Origin: Sarea resinae
Lineage: Eukaryota
NCBI GenBank assembly: GCA_026026165.1
Contig: JAPEUD010000006.1
Coordinates: 434,001 to 498,000 of the forward strand
Direction of reading: 5' to 3'
Length of the DNA: 64,000 nucleotides
Under the pieces are notes generated by a model. The model searched no databases and had not been told where the DNA came from. It saw only the letters and a program-made list of their open reading frames with translations. Shown here in pieces: positions 38,189-50,885 of the stretch. Both the position numbers and the translations under genes were made by a program. Position 1 is the stretch's first letter. Every line of letters starts with the position of its first letter.

Positions 38189-41100
38189 ATGAGCTCTAGC
38201 CATGCTTTTGCTCCTCCTCCTGAGTCTGCCCCAGTATCGCGTCGTCTCCAGAACATTCAACCTCCGCTGTTGACCACATCGTTGGGCGGAGTCCAACATG
38301 CGAATGCACAGATGGCATCGCAAACTCCCGCCTCCGCTACCTCTCTGAGCACTCCTTTCAACAGCCATTACAATGCGACGCCTTATACGGCTTCTCCAAA
38401 TGTCTCGAGACGTTCCGCCGCGCATTCTTCTCGCAATTCGATGGTCTTCAGCGGGCCATACAATCCGCAGGAATGGGGTGCAGGATCGATGTCCGCAAGC
38501 TCCCCTGGTGGGGCGCAACTGTATCGTGCAACTCCAAGAAGAGCACCTGTCAGTTCAAGAAATGCAACCGGAATGGAGGGTAAATGATTCCCCCCTGACT
38601 CTTTTCGCTCTCAATTTCCAGCTACGTGGGAGATGGCCCGGCTTCGGCATACACGATGATTGTCTCTCTTCAAGTCACACCTGTTCTACTAATACTACGA
38701 GAGTCCTTGCCTCTGTAGACCTTTGAAGGACAAAGACGGAGCTAAGCATTGCTATAGAAGTATTGGCATCACCGCCCCCACCGTATTCGCCGAGACGGCC
38801 TGATCAACATCAGCCTTCGCCCTCTGCTTCCAATCCGGCAGACTCTCCGGGCATGACGGTCTCTCCGGCTTCCAATCCGTCTGAATACAATACGCCCATA
38901 AGTGCGGCAACGACCATCTCGCCCGGTACGTCGACAGGATATTCGACAGGGTATCCGACGAGATCTCCGCGCCCGCCCTCGACCATTTACCCTGGATCTT
39001 CCCCCAATGTTGGCTCGGCTGCCACTTTTCCCCCACCACCTCCGCCATCGGGTCGCGGATCGAGGTCGAACTCAAGCACGCGACCAGACCGATCTCAACC
39101 CACATTTAGTCTAGCTTCCTTGACGTCAAGGACTCGAAATCATCAGAGCAATCCCTCTCAGAGTGCAATTGATATCCTACAGCGTCAGACTGCGGAAAGC
39201 CTTGCGCAAGCACCTAGGAGTCGTCCAGTCAGTACAGTGATGGTACCAAAGTAGGTCGAATATCACGCTATAGACCCAAATCGATAGTAATGATTTCTCT
39301 TAGTCCTGGGCAGAATCCCGTCTCTTCGAGTCCGGAATACGTGAACGCAAGTCTCGACGTGCGCCCTCCTGGTTCCAGGCGTGCTGCCTCCACGGGGCAT
39401 ATCGGTCTGCCCGGCACACCTTCACGGTCAAGAGCAGATAGCCTTTCTCCTACTCGCGCAGCTTGGGCGCCTGGAATGCCACTTCCACCGCCCCCTCCCG
39501 GACCGCCGCCAGGCTCTCGATCCCAAAGCATGACACGTGCGCCTTATGGAGAGCGTTCATCCAGTGATTTCCCTGCTCCCGTTGCTGCACCTGCACCACG
39601 TCGACCTTTAGCGCATGGTACAACGCTAGGACCAGTTCCCCCTACTCCCTCGGACTGGGTCGAAGAGGATGATTCAACTCGAGCCGCACCACCGGAAAGA
39701 CGGGAAAGAGATCTGCAGATCGACACACAACGCGATGCCTCGAACAGACGAGACGAACACAACACACCTGCGGAGAGTTTCTATGCTGCAGGCTCTTTCG
39801 CGGCACCACCTCAAGATACACGTGCAGAGCGCGAAGACGGCAGTCCTGGTCTCAGTCGGGCTTCTGCTAGGCGAGACCGAACGTCCAAGGGCATCCGGGA
39901 GAGGCGAAGTGAAAGTAGGTCAGGGCGAGCGAGAAATCTAGACGGTCAAACTCCTGTCGAGTCGCGTGACAATCCTTTCAGCTTTGAGTTGGAGGAGGTA
40001 AAACCATCGGATCTGGTCTTGCCCCTAACTATCGCTGGTCGTAATCGCAGGCGATCGCCGGTAAGATCCAGACCTGGCAGTGCTAAAACCCCTCATACGG
40101 GCGAGGGAATGAGGAGCTCGGATTCCAGGCGGCCTTCTGATCCATTAGAGTCTGCTGGTTCTAATCGCTCGACTCCGCGACCCGAATATAATCAACAAAA
40201 TGCAGGTCCGGATTCATTGGCGTATACCCCTCCTTTCTCACCCGAAGCGGCGAAATATCACCGTGTTGCATCAATCTCCAAGACCAAGTCCCCTGCTCTG
40301 CCTCCTAAAGCGCTCCCAACACCGCCTCCACAGCACTACGGTGTTTCAAGCACAAATGGGAAAAGCTATGGTCGTTCCCCCCAAGATTTCCATACGTCTG
40401 TTGAAGCGGCAGTCCCGGCTCCCTCTCCAGCGTCGCGACTAACACCCTCGCGCCTAACGCCTTCCCAATTAACACCTTCCCGGAGGGTGCAAAGTGATCA
40501 TAGTGCTGAAGAATGTGAATCCTTCATGCACTCTGCAATAGGCCGTCACCGCGCCTTTGCGGAACGAGAGGCCGCTGCTAGCTCAGACCGGGAGAGGGTA
40601 GAGATGTTTACAGAATTCATCGTGGCCGAGTCAAGGATCCGGCGGAAGAGATATAGTCGGGCCATGGAACAGATGAGTCCAGGAATTGAAGACCTTTTAC
40701 GTGGATTATTCAGACCTCCTTCGCCCGATCAAAAGCTGGCTACGACAGACTCCCCTGGAAGAGCTATGGGGTCTCTGACCTCTTCTCATAATCAAGAGCA
40801 AGAGGGTCATGAGCCAAATCCTAATTTAGATGGCAAGGACAGCCAGCCCCAAGGCAGGCCGGAATCTTCGTGGTGGAACTCATACCTTCCGTCTTTATCG
40901 CCCATCGCCAGCATGGACAATAGCACCTCTCACGATGAGCTGAGCTCCAGGGGACGTCCAGCGAGTCGATGGTGGGAATCGGAGGGATCTTCCGAGAATG
41001 GTGCTCGAAGAACACTGGAGAGGACGCAGCGAGAGGCGAAATACATGAGTCTAGTACGAGATGGTAAATCTTTGCAGTGGGATGAGCCGAGATCGTCACC

Positions 41101-42655
41101 CTCGGGAAGGAATGGGAGTGGCAGTTTTGCAGGACCCAGTGGCAATTCGGTGTATGGTCCGAATGAGTACCCTCCCGAGAAGGCTGGACTTCCCGACTCG
41201 GAGATGCTTCCTCCACCTCCACCACCAAAACATCCTTCACCAAGGTCGCCGCCAGGGCCAAAGCTGGACGTCTCCAGACTCGTCACCCTACCGCCTCCGT
41301 ATCCTCGCCATTATCCTGCCGTCAACAATAACCATCCCGACCTCGCCGCGATCAGGACGACGATACGCTCTCTCTGCCCCCTCGCAAGCGTCAAAGCGCT
41401 GAAGGAAAATTACGTAGCAAGCGTTGCAGCGTTACGCGAAGACGCGCAACGAGCTGCCAATAGGCGCCGAAGCCAGACCCGTAGCGACATCCAACGCATG
41501 ATCCAAGCAGAAGAGATCTCGTTTGCTGAAGCGGCCCAAATCGAAGCCGACTGCGAAGCGGCCGAGATCCGGGCCACCAAAGAACGCGCCCAGGCCGAAT
41601 TCGATCTTTTTCAGAAATCCGTCTTCAATCCCTCGCATGCCTCTCTCTCGGAGCGCATCGACAAGGCCACGACAACGATCGGCGAGATCCGCGACATGCT
41701 TACGTCGATTGCACAGAAACGCGGCCCGGACCTTATTCAGGAGGAGGGCGACGAGCACCCGGAGCTGCTCGAGAAGCTGACACAGTGGAAATGGTGTTTC
41801 GAGACGCGCGAGCTGCTCTATCGCGAATTGAACGATCTCCAGGGCGAGCGAGATGACAAATTCAAAGCCATCGTCACGGCGCCTTATCTGCTGCCGAAAC
41901 ATGCGGCCAAGCTGGCGGAGACCGAGGCGTTCTTCGCACGCGATGCCCAGGACCGGAAACTCGCATTCGAAAAAGACGTGCTTGGCCGGTACGAGGCGTT
42001 TTTGAATGCGATGGAGGACAACGTCAGTCGCGGGGTGGAGGTGCAATTGGACGCCTTCTACGACATTGCGCCGGCGCTGCTCGTCCTCGTTCAATCGATC
42101 CCCCCTCCTCACCCGGCTGGTCCACGGAGCAACAACGATCTAGCAAGCCTCGACATTGTGATCCCGGCGTGCGAGTACGACGAGAACCCAGCCTATCACG
42201 CCTATCCCTTGCAATACCTGCACTCGCTCCTAACGCACGCCGGCCGGTCCATGTACACGTACATTGAGGCGCAGACGGATCTCCTGTGTCTGTTGCATGA
42301 GATCAAGACGGCGATGATGAGCGCGAGCGTGCGGGTGGTGGAGACGGAGCGAATTATCGAGACGCAGCGAGCTTTGGGGGCCAGCGCCAGCAACAGCAGC
42401 GACGCCAGCGCCGGCAGCCGATTCGACTCGAACCAAACAGTCCAGACACAGATTGCGGCCATCAGCAAGGAAATGGAGGATATCCGGCGTGAGGAAGAAC
42501 GGCGGGTGACCGATGACTTGAAGGATAAAGTGCGCGTGGTCGAGGGACTCTGGGAGGACGGCTTGGGCCGCGCCATCTCGGATCTCAAAATTCGCGTTCG
42601 CGACGTGCTTGTTGGTATGGGTGGGTGGGAACCGGGGCTCGATGAGGCGATCTAG
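38189..42655 (+). CDS. Large hypothetical protein, Pro/Ser-rich N-terminal two-thirds with helical C-terminal domain
   Basis: Three ORFs joined in frame by introns 38580-38757 and 39251-39303. 1121-aa terminal ORF. PPxY motifs. Confidence 0.85.
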
Positions 42656-42799
42656 AGGGATGCGTGTCGGGAAGGGGAGAAGGGATGTGTGACGATATGC
42701 GATGGCGGCCATGACGTGGCCGTGCTACAGGAAGAGATGCCGGGATGCTGTGCGGTGTCGACGGTCTGGATGCTTGCTTGTGAGCTCTGTCCGGTCCTA

Positions 42800-43305
42800 C
42801 GAGCTCGACAATCCCCCGCACATTTGTATAGCAACAGGAAAGGATAGCGCTCTCTCTCTCTCTCTCTCCCTCTCACACACATACACACACACACGAACGG
42901 GAAGCCGAGCCAGCTAAGCAAAAGAGGTCCTTTGTGTAAAGAGTCAAGGGTCCTGTCTGGCTAAGGGGGGTAAGAAAACCCTTTGCGATGCTGTCCTTTC
43001 CTCTTTTGTGTTTGTTTTCTAATCTTTTCTTTTTCTTTTCTTATTTCTTCTATACCATCTTTTTTTCCCCTTCCTCTATCCCTCTGTCTTTTCTCTTTAA
43101 GAACTCTCTCTCTCTCTCTCTCTCTTCCTTGCTAGTGATTAGAATAGCTTCCTTTCTAGCCCCTTAGGGATATCTAAGCCATTATTAAGTGAGTATTCTG
43201 AAAGAAGGAAAAGGATATTAAAATCCTTGGACCTCCTAAGAAGTAGGACCTATAGCCCTAAAAACTAAAAGAGAGAAGAGGTGAAAAGGAGAAACTAACC
43301 TCTAC

Positions 43306-43367
<62 letters not shown>

Positions 43368-44140
43368 AGCATACCCCTTAACCCTCTTTACCTTCTATTT
43401 CCTCTTTCCTCTTTCTAGTTATTCTATTCCCTATTTTCTATTTTCTATCCTCCTTTTCGATTCTCCTTTTCTGTTCCCCTTTTCGATTTTCCATTTCCCG
43501 ATATTTTCTTTAATCAAGACACAACAGCACAATAGCATAGCAGCACAACAGTATAGCAGCACAGAGGAACACAAGGCTAGGCCAGGCCAGGCCTGGCCTG
43601 GATTTACTCCGGAGTGGTCAAAAGTAAGCTAACTTGAGTGAAGCTAAGCTAAGCTAAGCTAAGCTAGGCCAGGATAGGATAGGCCAGGCTAGGCTAGGTA
43701 AAATACGAGGGGTAGAGGGGGGTTTCGAGAGGGGGGCGAGAGGCGGGTGTCATGTGTGTGTGTGTGTGTGTGTGTGTGTAGGGGTCTCTATATGTGTAGT
43801 GCCTCGTGTGGATAGAGAAAAAGAACAAGGAGTTCCGCTTCACTTCCCGGGATCGGAGAGAATCTGGAGCGTTTCGGGACTTTAAGAGTTGACGAGTTGA
43901 AGAGTGTGAGGGACATGGACGAGCTATGGACTGAAGAATGGATAGAGAAAGAGGGAGTAAGGGCGGGATAGAAAGTAGAGGGCGAAGTATAATGTAGCAC
44001 CGTTCAGTACGACCCCCCAATAGACGTCTAAAGAAGAGAAAGAAAAGAAAAAGAAGCGCCAGCGGTGTGGTTTTTTTTTCGGCCTACCACCACCACATAT
44101 CAAGCAGACAGACCAGACAAGATTCGCAACAAAAGAAAAA
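42800..44140. repeat. Low-complexity microsatellite island
   Basis: (CT)n, (CA)n, (AG)n at about 43309-43360, (AGCTA)n, (TG)n, and TpA-rich patches. Confidence 0.85.
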
Positions 44141-44144
44141 GACA

Positions 44145-46669
44145 CTAAGCCTTTTGCTCCGTGGCGGCGGCCTCATCTTCCTTTGCCTCAGTCGGCTTGG
44201 CACCCTCGGCCGCGGGCGCTCCCGATGCATCTCCATCTCCCTTGGTCTTGACATACTCGTCGTACACAGCTAGAGCTTCGTCGACCTTGGCGCGTAGTGC
44301 ACTCTCGTCATCGATACTAGAGATGTCAGTATCATCCTAATTCAAGGAAGCAAGATCCCTTACAGGTTCAGAAGCTCGACATTGTCCATCTCCAAGAGCA
44401 TGCCAGTGACCTTTCCAGCCAGCTCCGGTTGTTGGGCCTGGATCTTGGGATACAGAGCCTCACCCAGCATCTGCTTCTGCTGTGGCGGCGGTGCAGCCGT
44501 CAAAGCCTGCAGCGTCAAGCCGGTCCCGGCCGGAACATCCTCGCGACCGGGAGTCACACCCTGCTGGGCCAGTTGAGGCGGAACCTGACCACGGCCGCCC
44601 TGAGGGAAACCACCGGCCATCTGTCCTGGGCGCATCGGCAAACCTCCGCGACCAGCGCCTTGAGGGAAGCCAGGACCACCTGGACCTCCACGAACGCCCT
44701 GAAGACCAGCCATGTTCGGAGGCAAGCCTTGAACGTTACGTCCACCGGCTCGGCCGGCGAGAGCGGCTTGTTGTGCGGGTGTCATGCCATAGCCGGCAGG
44801 ACCAGGGTATCCACCCGGACCAGCTTGTGGAATAGCACCCGGAGGCATGTTCTGACCAGGCATAGCGTAGGCAGGCGCCGCGCCGTTTGGTCCTCCACGG
44901 CCACCTTGCTGTTGAGGGAAGCTGCCGGGGAAATTACCTGGACGGCCAGCTTGGGCGCCAGGCATGACCATGCCAGCACCTGGGAAGGGCATACCACCAC
45001 GTCCAGCAGCGGCCGGAGGCATGAAACCAGGCTGTTGGCCGGGGCCATAGAACATCGGCGGCTGCATAAACTACGTTTTGTTGTCAGCCGCAGACCCTAT
45101 AATTGTCGATGCATATCTCTTACCTGCTGGGGCATGCCAGCTGCTGCGGCAGCCTGTTGCATTCTGATTTGGTTGCGGGCTTGGATGCTAGCTTCGAGCT
45201 GTAGGGAATGTGTAAGCAAAGTATACCGGACCAGAGACGTGAAATCGTCGTACCTGACTCTTGCGGACATCCTTGCGTTGAGCCAATGCAACGTAAAGTG
45301 GCTTTCCACCAGCCATTCTCTGGTTCATCTCGGTCACAGCCTTGGTAGCCTCATCGGGATTGCTGAAGCAGACGAAACCGAAGCCCTTGCTCTTTCCGAG
45401 AACTTTCTTGTCTCCCTTGACAGACTTCTTCTCCTTCTCGCCCTCGCTGGACTCAGGCTCATCGCTCTCGACCTGGTTCTCCTTGTCGTCCTTCTCCTTC
45501 TCTGGAGAGTCGCTCCTCTCGACAGTCTCGCGCATGACCTTTGCCGACGTGATGGTGCCGAAGGGGGTGAACATGTCACGCAATTTCTCGTCATCGACCT
45601 CATCCTCGAGATTTTTGACGTAGAGGTTGACGCCTTGGTACTTGGAAGCCTTCTCGACGCGAGCAGCCTCGTACTGTTTGCGGAGCTCCTCCTCACGCTC
45701 GTGCTTCTTCTGCGCGCGGCCCACGTAAAGGTTCTGACCCTTGAAGTCGGTGTCATTGAGAGCTCTGACAGCTTCCGAAGCGTTTTCGTGGTTGATAAAG
45801 TTGACAAAGCCAAAACCACGGCTCTTGCCATCATCGCCGCGAGCAATGGATGCAGATGTGATGTCTCCATATCGCTCGAACAACTCACGGAACTCCTCGT
45901 CGGTGACCTCAGAATCAATGTTCTTGACGTAGATGTTGGTGAAGTTGGCCTTCATCTCCTCGAATTTGCTCTGGCGATCCTTCTTGGGAATGTGGTGTCC
46001 CACAAACACTTTCTTTTCGTTCAACAACATGCCATTCACATGCTTGATGGCGTTCGTAGCGGACTCGGCGGTCTCGTAGTGAACGAATCCGTAGCCCTTG
46101 GAGTTGCCAAACTCATCCTGAGCGACCTTGCAGCTGAGAATGTTTCCAAATGCCGCAAAGGTGTCGTGAAGAGCCTTGTTGTCGATGGCAACATCCAAGT
46201 TCTTGATGAAGACATTGCCTTGCCCAGTCTTGCGCAGCGCGGGATCACGTTGAGACCACATGATACGGCAGGGCTTGCCCTTGATAAGGGTGTAATTCAA
46301 ATCTTCCAAGGCACGTTCACCATCTTCGGTGTTGTTATAATTGACGTAGGCATATCCAAGGGAGCGGCGGGTGACGGCGTCACGGCAGACACGAATCGAA
46401 GCAACTTGGCCGATGGAAGAGAAGAGCTCGAAGAGCATGGCCTCAGTGACCGAGGGGTCGAGCTCACCGACGTACAGTGAAGCAGAGTGAGGCTGAGAGT
46501 TGGCGCCAGCATTAGGACCGGCGGAAGAGGGAGTCTGCGAGGCGTCGTTCTCGGATGAGGCGACATTGGTGTTCACAGTGGTGCCGTTGGTGCCGGCCTC
46601 AGCGGGTTTGGCATCGGCAGAGGTCTGCTCCGGAGAGGTAGCGCTGGCAGCAGCTGCGTCGGAAGACAT
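44145..46669 (-). CDS. PAB1: Cytoplasmic poly(A)-binding protein
   Basis: Four RRMs ([39 protein letters not shown]), Gly/Pro/Gln linker and MLLE domain ([11 protein letters not shown]). Three coding introns. Confidence 0.97.
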
Positions 46670-47994
46670 GATGCTGGCTACTCGGAAGCGTCAGTTTCTC
46701 TGCTCTGGTTGACAGACGAAGGCGCGCTTGCTAGCGATGCCTGTCGAAGAGATGGTAGACGAACCTTTGCGTGGTCAAAAATTCGAGATCTTCAAAGTGA
46801 CAGTGCCTTTGCGAGAATGAGCGAGATGGTCGAGTTCTCACTACTGTCGATCGGGGGCAACCGAGCGGCAAAAGCTAGGTGAATGGAGGATGGAGCGGTC
46901 TGACGTGGACGAATCTGACTTTCGAGCGGCCGGCAAGAGGATGAGGTGAAAGAGGGAGAGCTCGAGGTGCGAGAACAGCGAGCGCTCAGAAAGGGTGATG
47001 GTGGCAGAAATGTGTTTTTTATCCTTTTCAACTTTTTTTGGGGGTGAGATTTTCTAGAACGAGGACATGAGAAGTCCGAAAGGAAGATCAGATTCGGACG
47101 GGAAGGATGTCGAGTAGGAGAATTCGATGGTGGTGGTGCCGGAGAGGAAGAGGGTTCGAAAGGAACTGAAAGAAGAATAAGAAGATCTTCGACGGGTACC
47201 GCTGACAGTTTTCGCTTTGCCGCGAACACAGCAGGAGGAGCGTCGGGACAGCAGGTACTGCGCAGTACAAGGTCCGTCAGTCACTGGCAGTCGCTTGCTC
47301 GTTCGTGAGTTCCTCCTTCACTAGCCACGGACGGGCCTTCCAGATTTTTTGGGTTTTAGTTGGAGCATCGGTGCACGACGAAAGAGGTACTGTGCCTCGT
47401 GTACCTTGCCGCGAGATCTCGCCGACAAGGTACGAAGCGAGCCGGTACCTGCCCGTGGCCCGGTGCCTTTCTGATTCCCTCTTTCTCAGTCTCTGTGCTC
47501 GTCGCGAGCCGACAAACTCGCTTATCGGGAAGGAGCGAGGATGCCCTTCCGTTCCGGGCACTACACGGTCGCTGCGTACTTGTCGTCTCTAGGGATTGTG
47601 GCATCTACTCATAGTACGCATTCACTGAGATACTATGAGTTGACTGAGGCTAGGGCGGATTCCCTTTTACCATGATTGCACTCCTCCCATCGAAGATCGT
47701 ATGTACAAGGATGCAGAAAGACAAAGGAAAGGCGCACCAGATCGGTAAGAGGCACAGCATCACCAGATACGAGAACAGACAAGCAGATTTTCCTATCACA
47801 CCCGGCACCTTACACACTGAAAGAGGAGATCAGAGCCATGTATGGCGAGGAGACAGATCATTCTTGATCTTTGTTCTGATGAGAGAAGGAAATGGGCAAG
47901 TAGAAGGCTCTCGAAGCCAGGCGAGGCTAGCTCGAGAGCAAAACATGTCGTGTGGCTCGGCGGATGATGGATGGGTGGGGGACATGAGGCCATA

Positions 47995-49797
47995 CTATTT
48001 GGCGGCTTGGGAGAGAAGATCACCAATCTCGGCCGGGCTGTCGGGGTAGACATAGAAGGCGATGGCGATGATGATGTACCTATGCAGATAAGTGGTCAGC
48101 TTCGATGAAACACGCAATCGAGGCCCAATTCCATGCCCACACGGGAGGGAGGACAGGGAGCGAGTAGACGTACGTTCCCAGCAACATAGCCCCCTCGAGA
48201 TAATTACTCTTTCCATCCTGAATGAGATAATTGACTACCAGAACACTTAAGAAGAATACGACCGTCTCAAACGTCTGGAAATGCAACGTCATCGGCTGAC
48301 CTATGATCCAGCCGAGGATGACCAGGAACGGCGTCAAGAACAGCGCAATCTGCATACTGCTTCCGATGGCGACGCCAATGGCCAGGTCCATTTTGTCTTT
48401 CATCGCTACCACGACGGCGGTGACGTGCTCGGCGGCGTTGCCAACGATAGGTATGAGAATTAGTCCGATGAAGGTTTTGGAGATGTGGGCGGTCTGTACG
48501 ATAGTGTCGATGCTATCGACGAGGTATTCGGCGCAGACGGCGACTAGGACAGTGACGACGACGAGAGCAACGCCGGCGGCCCAGGGAGTGAGAATGTGCT
48601 CTTCTTCTTCTTTATCCGGGTCATTGGCATTCTCATCGGCTCCTGGCGTGGGTGGAGCGTTGGCGACGCCTTCTTCCGCCCTCTGGGCATCCTCTTCTTC
48701 TTTGACGACGTCGTCGAAGAGGTCGCTATGAGTTCGGAGCTGGAAGACCAGATACAGCACGTAGAGGATAAGCAAGATGATAGCTGTACCATGCGACACT
48801 ATGAGGATATTCTGGAGTACGGCGTCGTCCGAGCCCCTGAGAACGGCGTAGAGCGTCGCGGGTATGATCAGGGACACTGAAGCGACGGCCATCAACGAAG
48901 ACATTGTCGACGCAACTGTGGTATTGAATTTTTGCTCGTGGTAGACTCTTCCACCGAAGAAGAAGCAGCAGCCAAGAACCTATACATACATGTGAGCCGT
49001 GCTCTCCCAGCATTTTGATTGCTTTCATCTTACCAATAGCATGTTTGAGAGAATGCTACCAAGCATGCTGGACTGCACAATACGGATTTCGCCATTCTTC
49101 AAAGCTACAACGCTTACCTACACACAACAATAATCAGCCATTGTCATCATCGAGATAGAGGGGAGCTCACAATCAATTCGACCGCGTTACCAAAGGTAGC
49201 ATTCAGTAATCCTCCGAGTGTCTCTCCTAATTTCACCGACAGCTCCTCCGTCGCAAAACTCAACAAAGCTGCCAGAGGGATAATTGCCAGGAAATTGAGG
49301 ACGAAGACCGCAGTGGCATTCCAGCCAACGGCGCCCGCGATGATGCCCAACGGCACAAAGACCAGCAAGACATTGACATAATTGCTCATCAACGTCTGCA
49401 TCGTCACATGCATTGTCTGCATCGGCCATCGCACCCATCGTCTCTCATCCTCGTATAGCGGAGGACCATCGGATCGAGGATTCAATCTTCCTAGTAGGCT
49501 TGTTCGCTCCGATGGCTCATCATTGCTTGCAGGCCCACCATTACGATTAGCTGTCATGTTGCTGGTAGAGTATGACGAAGGTGCTCTGCCATGGACGGCA
49601 CGCTTGATGTTGCGTTTGAGGTCTATAGCAATAATAGAAGCCCGAGGTCAGTTTTGATGTAGAGTGGTTGCGATCTCAGCCAGACAGGAGTGATAAGGGC
49701 GACGTAAGGGTCGGCGAGCGAAGCCAGCCAAGCAATAGGCATTCCACGGGTAATAGCAGAAGCGCACTTAAAAGAGAACAAGAAGCTTACTATCCAT
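47995..49797 (-). CDS. VCX1: Vacuolar Ca2+/H+ antiporter (CAX/Vcx1 family)
   Basis: [22 protein letters not shown] and DGKSNYLEG motifs. Probable first coding micro-exon ATGGATA 49797-49791 spliced in frame to 49622; alternative start at 49557. Confidence 0.92.
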
Positions 49798-50885
49798 AGT
49801 AGTGCCAAGAGTGGTTGCGATAATACTAGGTGAAGGTCGGGAACCACGAAGGTGGGGGAGCAAAAAGAGCTTAGGAAGACAGTCCCAGAGCAAATTACTA
49901 GAATGGTCGTAGGACTGATTAGGGTCGTCTCTTCACTCCACGGGCTCCCTTCTATCGGTCCAGAATAGGTCAAAGTTGCTCTCGCCAACCACGGATGAGC
50001 TCTAAAGCCTTGGGGCCCAGCGCCAACACCAGCGACAATCGCGGCACAATTTACTTACCAAGAAGCGATCGAAGAATCGACTGACGCGACCCGCGTAGGT
50101 ACAAGTAGGAGAGGAAGCCCCGGTGAGGATATCGTGGCTGTGTTGGAGATCAAAGCTTCCTTGATCAAATGATTGAAGAGAGGTACGGAGTAGTACTCGT
50201 TGTGATGGCCACCAAGAATTGGTATCTCCTTGTTCGCACCGAAAGGAATTGAAAGGCCTCGGACGTCGATCAGCAGCAGCAGGATGTGGTGATCTCTTCA
50301 GGTCTTGAGCTGGTCACAACATCCATGGATGGAACAAGGAAGCGAAACCGACCTAGGGCTTTCGATCTACATGACGTACTGGGGACGGCAAAGCGAACAA
50401 GGGTACTTTTATTTGCACCCACCGTTGCCTATCGATGGAGGTAGACTCTACTACGGTACATTGAATTTGCCGGCCAAGCTTCAAGCTTGCAGCTTCATCC
50501 ATGTGCGAGAGTGCTCCGCCACGCTTGGCAAGACGTGGGCAATACTCAGTATTGAGAGGCAACGTTCAATGCAATCCGCCAGCTCCGCGATAGGACAACA
50601 ACTACTCCGGAGTAGGTAGCTTAGGTACCTTAACCTAGTACAGTGGCCACATCATCTTCCAATTTCTCGCTGATCCTTTCAAGATCTCGACCGTCGTACG
50701 TCGTACGTCGTACTATGTACTCATAGTCCACCCCTGTTCTGGGCACGTGTGCGCGAGACTTGGACCTCTACATAGTACTCGTAAAATATCTGTATATGAT
50801 CTAGTGGGTTGTATATATATTCTCTAAACGATCATTCGAAGTGGCGTTCGTCGCTCATGAAAATGCAAACAGTTCGTAATCTCAT

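Noticed and set aside
43130..43310. TpA-rich patches resembling RIP-mutated transposon relics (also about 60340-60520)
   Set aside because: Too short, with no terminal repeats or transposase/RT remnants, so a mobile-element call cannot be supported.
44429..46480. 683-aa plus-strand ORF antisense to PAB1
   Set aside because: It is in exact codon register with the main PAB1 exons, so it is explained by the codon bias of a highly expressed gene. No ATG start and no recognisable domain.
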